Shown here piece by piece: positions 56,422 to 64,000 of a stretch of DNA of 64,000 bases (its first letter is position 1; each line of letters opens with the position of its first letter). Origin of the DNA: an uncultured delta proteobacterium (GTDB lineage Bacteria > Myxococcota_A > Polyangia > Polyangiales > Polyangiaceae); assembly GCA_963841435.1 (NCBI GenBank), contig CAWJCS010000003.1, positions 1,408,001 to 1,472,000 on the forward strand. Direction: 5' to 3'. Below the pieces are notes generated by a model that ran no database searches, was not told where the DNA came from, and saw only the letters and a program-made list of their open reading frames with translations. A program made the position numbers and the translations under genes.

Positions 56422-59400
56422 TCAGGGTGCCTGCGCGGGGTGGATCACGACGGCAAGGTGCGTCGTGCGCCCGGAGTACGGGATCGACCAGCTCGGCGTG
56501 TAGTTGCCGGGGTTCGGCAGCGCGGCGCTCCCGGCGCTGATGTACTGGCCGAAGGCGCGCATGGCCGCGCCATTGTTCACTTCGGGTGAGCTCAAGAGCT
56601 CCGTCAACGTCAACCCGCTCGACGGCGACACACTCCACGTCGGGCAGCCCGATGTCACCGTGTTCGTCGGACAGTTCAGGTTGCTCATCCAGAGCGCGGA
56701 GACGAAGCTGTAAATACGTGACCCGGTCGTCGCAATTGTGACGGTGTGACCGATCACCGACGGATCGGGGCTTTCCGGGTTTCCCGTGGTGCCGAGGAAG
56801 CCACCGTTGTACGCGCTGATGGGCGTCGCCTGCCGGACGCCCTGGAACTCGATGAGGTTCGCGATGATCTCCGAGGGACTCGGGCTCGTCGCCCCGTTGA
56901 TGACGACGCTCTGATTGCCCGATTTGCCGCCGATGCCGGATTCGACCAGGTAGTACACGAAGTGGTCGGGGCCCCACCAGTCACCGAGACCGGCCTGCTC
57001 CGGCCCCGCCACCATCGTCGTGCCTCCGTACGTCACGCTGTCGGGTCGTGCGCCGGCGATGCCGTTGCCACCGCTCTCCGCGACGACGGCGAGCAGAATC
57101 AGGCGATTGGTGCCGGGCTGCAGACCGTGGGTGAGATTGAGCGTGCTGCTCGCCGACGTGGCGTCAACGTCGTTGACGAGCGTGATCTGAGCCTGACATT
57201 TGTAGCTGCTGCCGGTGAGCACGCAGTAAGGCGTGCTGCCGTTGCAAACGTTGCCGCACGCGCCGCAGGCGCTGGCCGAGCTGAGATCGGCCTCGCAGCC
57301 GTTGTTCGGGTTGCCGTCGCAATCGCCGAAGCCCGTGCTGCAGGAGGGCGAGCAGGCGCGGTTCCCGGCCCCGCCGCTACAGCTCGTCGTGCCGTGCGAG
57401 TTCGTGCACTGCACGTTGCACGCGCCGCATGCCGCCGTGGTGTTGAGCTGCGTCTCGCAGCCCGGCGAAGCGGTGCAATCACCGTAGTCGGCGCTACAGC
57501 TGCCCTGCGTGCAGACACCCGTGGAGCACGACGCCCCGGCGTTCGGGAACGCGCAGGTGACGCCGCAGTCGCCGCAGTCGGTCAGCGTGCGGATGTTGCG
57601 CTCGCAGCCGTTGTTCGGGTTGCTGTCGCAGCTCTTGTAGCCGGTGGCGCAGGTCGGCGCGCAGGCGCCGCTCGTGCACGCCGTGGAGCCGTTGGCGTTC
57701 GTGCACTGCACGTTGCATGCGCCGCACGCCGCCGTGCTGTTGAGCTGCGTCTCGCAGTCGCCACCCGGCACGCAGTCGCCCCAGCCGCTGTCGCAGCCGG
57801 TCATGATGCACGTACCCGTGGCGCAGCTTTCGCCGCCATGCGAAAAGCTGCACGCGACGCCGCAGTCACCGCAGTCCGTGAGTGTACGGACGTCCCGTTC
57901 GCAGCCGTTGTCGGAGTTGTTGTCGCAGCTCTTGTAGCCGGAGTCGCAGCTCGGCGAGCAGCTGTAGCTGCCGGCGGTGCCCGCGCACTGAGTGGCGCCG
58001 TGGGTATTCGTGCAGGGCTTACCGCACGCCGAGCAGTTGATGTTGGTGCCGAGCGGGTCGCAGGCCGTGGCCGGGTTGCCGTCGCAGTCGGCGTAGCCCG
58101 TGGAGCAGCCCGTCGCGACGCACGTGCCCGTGGCGCACGACTCGGAGGAATTCGGGAAGTCGCAGGGGACACCGCAGTCACCGCAGTCGGTCAGCGTGCG
58201 GATGTTGCGCTCGCAGCCGTTGTCCGGATTGCCGTCGCAGCTCTTGTAGCCTGCGGCGCACACCGGGGAGCACCCCGTGGACGTATTGCAGCTCGTCGTG
58301 CCGTTGGCGTTGGCGCAGGCCTCGGTGCAGGAGCGGCAGTGGGTGACGTTGCCGAGCGTGGTCTCGCAGCTGCCGTTCGTATCGCAGTCGGCATGCGTGG
58401 CGTCGCACGAGGTGGCCGTGCACGTGCCCGTCGCACACGTTTCGCCCGAACCGGGGATGTCGCAGCTCACGCCACAGGCGCCACAGTCCGTCAGGCTGCC
58501 GAGCGACGTCTCCACAGCCGTTGGAGGCGTTGTTGTCGCAGGCGTCCCACAGGCCGTTGCACGTGTAGGAGCAGCTGCCGCCCGAGCAGCTCGCCACGCC
58601 GTGGGCGTTCACGCACCCTGCGCCGCAAGCCGAGCAGTTCGCCGTCGTGCCGCCTTGGGTCTCGCAGCCGGGCGAGGTCGAGCAGTCGAACCAGCCTGAA
58701 TCGCAGGACGCGACGACGCAGGTCCCGGTCGAGCACGACTCGGTCGAGTGGGGCAGGACACACGGGACGCTGCAGTCGCCACAGTCGGTGAGCGTGCGGA
58801 TGTTGCGCTCGCAACCGTTGCCGCGGTTGCCGTCGCAGCTCTTGTAGCCCGCGTTGCAGACGGGGTTGCAGCCCGTGGCGGTGCAGGTGTTCGTGCCGTT
58901 CACCGGCTGGCAGGCGTCGCCGCAAGCGAGGCAGTTCGAGGTCGTGCCGAGCGTCGTTTCGCAGCCGGCCTGGCTCGTACAGTCGGCGCGACCGGTGTTG
59001 CAACCGGTCAGCACGCATTGCCCGGTCCCACACGACTCGGTGCCACCGGCCAGGTCGCACACGACTCCACAGCCGCCGCAGTTCGAAAGACTGTTGAGCT
59101 GCGTCTCACAACCGTTGGGCGGCGACTCGTTGTTGCAGTCGTCCCAGCCCGCGTCGCACATCACGATCTCGCAGGTGCCCGAGCCGCAGCTCTCCGTGCC
59201 GTGCGCCTTGTTGCAGGCGACGCCACAGCCGCCGCAATTGTAGAGCGTCGTGAGCGAGGTCTCGCAGCCGTTGTTCGGGTTGCCGTCGCAGTCACCCCAG
59301 CCCGACTGGCAAGTCGGCTTGCAGCCGGTCGAGGTGCAGGCGTTCGCCCCGTTCACCTGCTCGCACTTCTCACCACAGGTGCGACAGTTATCGGTGGTGG

Positions 59401-61126
59401 CGAGAGGCGTCTCGCAACCGTCCTCGGGCAGGCTGTTGCAATCGGCGTAGCCGCTTGCGCAGCTGTCGAGAGCGCAGGTCCCGCTGCTGCAGACGCCCGA
59501 TGCGTGCGGGAAGCGCGTGGTGCAATTCGTCCCGCAGTTCCCGCAAAACTCGTCCGTCGTGCGAAGGTCGGTCTCGCACTGCTTGTTGTCGCCGGGGATG
59601 CACTCCTCGTACGGGAACGTGCACGTCGAGATGCCGCACACGCCGTCCGTACAGACCGCGGTTCCCACCGACGAATCGCAGACGTTGCCGCACGAACCGC
59701 AATTGGTGGGGCTAAGGTCGATGTTGGTCTCGCAGCCGTCGGCGGCACCGCCCGTGCAATCGGCGAAGCCTTCTGCGCACGTGACGCTGCAGGCGCCGGC
59801 GTCGCAGGTGGGGATACCGCCTATGTCGGAGCAGACGTTGCTGCAGGTGCCGCACGTCTCGGGTGACGAGAGGTCCGCTTCACAGCCGTCCGAGGGGTCG
59901 CCGTTGCAGTCGGCGAAGCCGTCGTCGCACTCGGCATGGCAAACGCCGTCGTCGCAGGTGCCGGTGGCATTGGCCGGCCGGCAGCGCACCCCGCAGCCGC
60001 CGCAATTCGAAAGCGACGTGCCGACGTTGGTCTCGCAGCCGTCGCTCGCCTCCCCGTTGCAGTCGGAGTAGCCGCTCGCGCAGCGCGGCACGCATTCGCC
60101 GTTCTGGCAATCCGTGCTGCCGTGACCGTTGGTGCAGGCGGTGTCGCAGTCACCGCAGTGCTTGACGTCGTCGTCGAGCGAGATCTCGCAGCCGGTGTCG
60201 ACGGAGTCGTCGCAGTCACCGTAGCCGTCGTCGCAGGCGATGTCACAGCTACCGTTATTGCACGCGGCCTCGCCGTTCGTGCTGTTGCAGGAATGCCCGC
60301 ACATGCCGCAGTCATCGACCGTCGTGAGATCCGTCTCGCAGTGGTCGGCCTCGCTTTCGTTGCAATCGGCGGTTCCCGGCGCGCAATCCATGGTCGTGCA
60401 CGTGCCGCCGCTGCAGAAGTTCGACGCACACGCGACGTGACACTTGCCGCAGTTCGTAGGGTCCGAGCGCACGTCAACCTCGCAACCGTTCGACGCCTCA
60501 CCGTCGCACTCCGCGAGCCCCGCCTCGCACGGACCATTGCCGCACACGCCGTTCCAACAGGCGCCACCCTCGTCGCAAGAGTGACCGCACCCCCCGCAGC
60601 TCGCGGCGTCGGTCTCGGGGTTCTGGCACGTGCCGTCGCAACAGGACCAGCCTGCGGGGCAGGTGTCGCCGCCCGTGCAGCCGGGCGTGCAGACGGCATC
60701 GATGCAGGCCGTACCAGGCTTGCAATCAGCGTCGCTCGTGCAGTTGATGCAGAGGCCGACGCTCGTGTCGCAGGTGAGCCCGTTGCAGCCGCTGTCGTCA
60801 ACACAGCCCACGGCGCAGCGCCCGCTGGTGTCGCAAAAAAGGCCGTCGCTGCAACGATCGAGCTCGTCCTCGCGCTTGGGATCACATTCGACGCAATAGC
60901 CCGTGTCGGGACTGCAGACCTCGGTGGCGCTGAGCCCCGCGCATTCCTCGTCCGTGGAGCACGCCGTCTGGGTGGACGGGCCCGGCGGCGGGCCACCCTC
61001 CATGTCCGATCCGGCGTCCGGATTCGGGACGAAGTTGTAGTCGGGGCTCGAGCATGACACCGCAACCGCAACACCCAGGAAACCAAGAAAGAGGCGCCCC
61101 AAGGAGCGCGTAGATAGTTTGCTCAC
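56422..61126 (-). CDS. Giant Cys-rich repeat lipoprotein (about 1567 aa), +1 frameshift near 58512
   Basis: AVSC lipobox; more than 20 repeats of DC(D/N)...NGCET.L....CG.CG..C. Removing one G (TGTGGAG to TGTGAG) restores NGCETSL and joins 58178..61126 to 56422..58515. Confidence 0.88.
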
Positions 61127-61288
61127 GCTCGTTGAGCATAACAGTCGGCCGACCCCTCCGCAGCTTTCTACGCGCGCGCGAAGGAGGCCGGCACGAAGGC
61201 GGTCATGTAGCGAAAAGTGTGCGCCTGCTCGGAAGCAAGTCGAGGTACTTGCCCGACCGCCGGTCGGTTCATTCGCGTCGGCGCGAGC

Positions 61289-62284
61289 TCAGAACGAAGC
61301 CGCGATGCCAGCGCCGGCGGTGCCGCGCGGGCCGCCCGGAAGGAGCATGAGACCGCTCGTCGTCTTCACTGGTGCGGTCTTCTTCTTCTGGAAGAACAAC
61401 ATCCACACCGAGACGCCAATCGCCGCAACGCCGACGCCGGCCGCCACGGGCGCTGCGTACCCGTAGAAACGCAGGCGATTGTAGGTGTCCTTGTACTGCA
61501 CGGGGCAGTGTTCGGCATCAGGGCACTTGTTCTCGAGGTCAGCTTGGGTGGTCTGCTTGAGGACGAACAGGACACCACCGGCGGCGAGCGCCCCGATGCC
61601 CGCGCCACCGATGACGTAAGGCACGACGCGGCTCGGCGCCTCTTCCCGCGTCACGACGACGATCTCCTTTTCGGGTGGCGGGGGCGGCGCCGGCTTCGGC
61701 TCGGGCAAAAGCTCCAGCACGACGCGCGTCGTCTCGCGTTCCTTGAGGTCCGCAGTGATCGTGAACTGCTGGTACCCGGGCGCCAACGCCACCACCGAGT
61801 GCGGCCCCGGATCGAGCGGCACCTCGACTCCAATCGAGGACGCGCCGACATCGACGCCGTCGAGCTGGACGAGGGCTGCATCGGCGCCCTCGCCACGCTC
61901 GATGAGAAGCTTCGGAATGCGCTCGCGCAGCCGAGCGATGGCGCCCTCGACTTCCGTGCGAAAGTCACCACCCACCTGGTCGGCCTGGCTCAACGCGAGC
62001 TCGTAACCCCCGAGCGCCGTCACGAGACGACCGAGCCCTTCCTCGCAAAAGGCGATGTGAAAGCGCACCTGCGGCGTCATGCGCACCTGCCCGACTTCGC
62101 GGAACACCTGAATCGCGTCCGACCAGTTGCTCGCCTGCTCGAGCTCGACGCCGCGCTGAAACTGGGCGCGCGCCTTCTTGAGCTCGGCGGGCGTCTCCGC
62201 GCGGGCGGCGGTCGCCGCAGCGACCGTCGCGAGGCCGAGCGCGATCGCGACGAAGAGCGGGCGAGACCGGCAAAGAACCGTCAT
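61289..62284 (-). CDS. TPR + PEGA-domain exported protein
   Basis: Signal peptide (ARA|E), ARAQFQRG..L TPR, LDPGPHSVVALAPGY PEGA domain, hydrophobic hairpin and terminal GIAASF. Confidence 0.82.
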   Translation of the reverse strand: MTVLCRSRPLFVAIALGLATVAAATAARAETPAELKKARAQFQRGVELEQASNWSDAIQVFREVGQVRMTPQVRFHIAFCEEGLGRLVTALGGYELALSQADQVGGDFRTEVEGAIARLRERIPKLLIERGEGADAALVQLDGVDVGASSIGVEVPLDPGPHSVVALAPGYQQFTITADLKERETTRVVLELLPEPKPAPPPPPEKEIVVVTREEAPSRVVPYVIGGAGIGALAAGGVLFVLKQTTQADLENKCPDAEHCPVQYKDTYNRLRFYGYAAPVAAGVGVAAIGVSVWMLFFQKKKTAPVKTTSGLMLLPGGPRGTAGAGIAASF

Positions 62285-62398
62285 GGGGGATGCGGCCGAG
62301 TTACGTACCAGCATCCGAGCCGTGCCGCGAACATGAAAATGGCGTCCGATGGGCGCCGGACCCGACGAAGCCCGGGAATCGCGGCGCCGGGGCGCCCC

Positions 62399-64000
62399 TC
62401 ATGGCGTGTGAGCAGGCTGGATGGGCACGGCGAGATGGGTGATTCGCCCGGCGTACTCGGGGACCCAGGTGATCGTGAGGTTGCCGCTGCCGGGGGAGCT
62501 TGCGGACCCCGAGCTCACGAACATCGCGTAGGCCCTGAGCGGCTCGGTACCGGTGCCGTAGAACTGGGGCATCGCGAAGGTTTCGTTGGCCGTGAGCCCG
62601 GAGGGAGCGATGGTCCAGGTGGGACAGCCCGCCGTCGTCACGTTCACGGGGCAGTCGTTGGTCGGCGTCCACATCGCCACAACGAAGCTGTACACGCGCG
62701 AGCCCGGGGTCGCGATGTTCAGGGTGTTGCCGATGGTGAAGGGCTCGCTCGGGTCCGGCGAGCCGACGGTGCCCCCGGCCTTGGTCCCGAGGGGGCTCGA
62801 CTGGTCAACACCGGTCAGCTCCAGCACGTTCGCCGCGATCGAGCTCGGGCTCGGCGACGAGGCGCCGTTGATGACGACCTGCTGGTTGTTCGTCTTCGAC
62901 CCGATGCCGGAGTTGGTGAGCGTGTAAAAGAAGATCGACGGACCCCACCAGTCGTTGACGCCTGCTTGCTCGGCCGCGAGCGTCATCCCCGTACCGCCGT
63001 AGGTGACGCTGTCGGGCCGCGCGCCATTGACTCCGTTGCCACCGCTCACCGACCCGACCGCAACCAGAATCAAGCGATTGGCTCCGGCTTGGAGGGAGTG
63101 CGTCAGCGTCAGCGTGTTGCCCGAGACCTGCCCGTCAACGTCGTTCACGAGCGTGACGGTCGCCTGGCAGCGAGTGCTCGAGCCCTGCACGCAGCTCGAC
63201 GTGTTGCCGCTGCAAGCCGTGCCGCAGGCACCGCAGTTCGTGTCGGCGTTGAGCTGCGTGAGGCAGCCATTCTCGGGACTCGAGCAGGCCCCCCAGCCGG
63301 CCTCACAGCTCGGACTGCACGAGCCCGACGAGCAGCTCGACGCCGTGGAGTGGCGATTCGGCGAGCCGCTCGTGCCGAACAGGCACTGCTGGCCGCAAGC
63401 GCCGCAGTTCGAGGCGTTCTGCGTCGTCTCGCAGCCGTCGTTCGCCGACCCAAAGTTGCAATCGAGCCGGTTGCTGCTGCAGGTGAGCACGCAGCGGCCC
63501 TGCGAGTCGCAGCTCGCACCCGAGGCGTTCGCCGTGCTGCACGCCGTGCAACCGCCGCAATGGGCCTCGTTGCCGGCTCCTGTCGTCGCTGTCTCGCAAC
63601 CGTTCGTCGGGTTCGAGTCGCAGCTCGCGTGCGTGGAGTTGCAGGTGGGCACGCAGGTGCCGCTCCCGTTGCAGGTCGTGCTCGTAGTGCCCGCGCTCGA
63701 GCACGACGTGCTGCAGCCGCCGCAGTGGGTGACGGCCGAGCTGCCGGTGGTGGCCGTTTCGCACCCGTTCGGCACGTTCATGTCGCAGCTCGCGTGCGTT
63801 GCGTCACAGCTCAGCATGCATGTGCCACCGACGCACGAGTTCGTCCCACCGACTGTCTGGCACGCCGTCGAACAGTCACCGCAGTGCTGGTCGCTGTTGG
63901 TGAGGTTCGTCTCGCAGCCGTTCGCCGACGTGCAGTCGTCGAAGTCTTGCGCGCACTTATCGAGCTCGCAGGCGCCGTCCACGCACTTTCCCGTGGCGTT
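62399..64000 (-). CDS. Second Cys-rich repeat protein (5' end outside window), paralog of 56422..61126
   Basis: Same NGCET repeats and a homologous C-terminal domain (TLVNDVD...NRLIL.AV...ARPDSVTYGGT.M...WWGP...Y.GR.THLAV). Confidence 0.88.
   Translation of the reverse strand, partial: NATGKCVDGACELDKCAQDFDDCTSANGCETNLTNSDQHCGDCSTACQTVGGTNSCVGGTCMLSCDATHASCDMNVPNGCETATTGSSAVTHCGGCSTSCSSAGTTSTTCNGSGTCVPTCNSTHASCDSNPTNGCETATTGAGNEAHCGGCTACSTANASGASCDSQGRCVLTCSSNRLDCNFGSANDGCETTQNASNCGACGQQCLFGTSGSPNRHSTASSCSSGSCSPSCEAGWGACSSPENGCLTQLNADTNCGACGTACSGNTSSCVQGSSTRCQATVTLVNDVDGQVSGNTLTLTHSLQAGANRLILVAVGSVSGGNGVNGARPDSVTYGGTGMTLAAEQAGVNDWWGPSIFFYTLTNSGIGSKTNNQQVVINGASSPSPSSIAANVLELTGVDQSSPLGTKAGGTVGSPDPSEPFTIGNTLNIATPGSRVYSFVVAMWTPTNDCPVNVTTAGCPTWTIAPSGLTANETFAMPQFYGTGTEPLRAYAMFVSSGSASSPGSGNLTITWVPEYAGRITHLAVPIQPAHTP

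Noticed and set aside
5099-58791. Many long Arg/Ala/Pro-rich alternative ORFs (e.g. 5455..6990, 10411..11910, 49748..51358, 51507..53495, 56746..58791)
   Set aside because: Antisense or off-frame shadows of real genes, expected in high-GC DNA with few stop codons.
57200-60900. CRISPR array or DGR-like repeats
   Set aside because: Repeats are in-frame coding units with synonymous variation; no fixed repeat-spacer pattern, cas genes or reverse transcriptase in the window.

Overview
GC-rich (about 70%, by eye) bacterial DNA whose gene content points to a myxobacterium of the Polyangiaceae/Sorangium type (inference). Bases 1-17722 are the right-hand part of a genomic island that ends in the 3' half of a tRNA-Lys(CTT), an att site flanked by arm-like repeats. 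The island is heavily broken up by insertion sequences: two IS66, one IS3 and a truncated IS630. It carries defence and conflict cargo: two DUF3800-like RNase H-fold ORFs, a small PD-(D/E)xK nuclease, a Lit-like HEXXH peptidase, orphan toxin-tip/immunity cassettes, a PIN toxin with an unusual partner, and a three-gene TIGR04255-like / HicB-like / HicA-like operon behind a palindromic operator. That operon is the best candidate here for an undescribed system. Bases 17.8-64 kb look like chromosomal backbone: a GH2 lipoprotein, DUF4242 protein, a 191-bp MITE, GST, Uup, a SoxR-box MerR module, a SCO-cytochrome c-YHS fusion, aquaporin and MscL. Further right are two tandem putative outer-membrane barrels, a lipoprotein cluster and a pectin-utilisation locus (ExuT, PL3, KduD, IolB-type isomerase, PL1, GH28, DUF4861-GH105). 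The window ends with a Ser/Thr phosphatase-kinase pair and two giant Cys-repeat surface proteins flanking a TPR/PEGA protein. About eight single-base indels split otherwise intact genes and may be sequencing errors. All family assignments come from motif recognition by eye; no database search was run.
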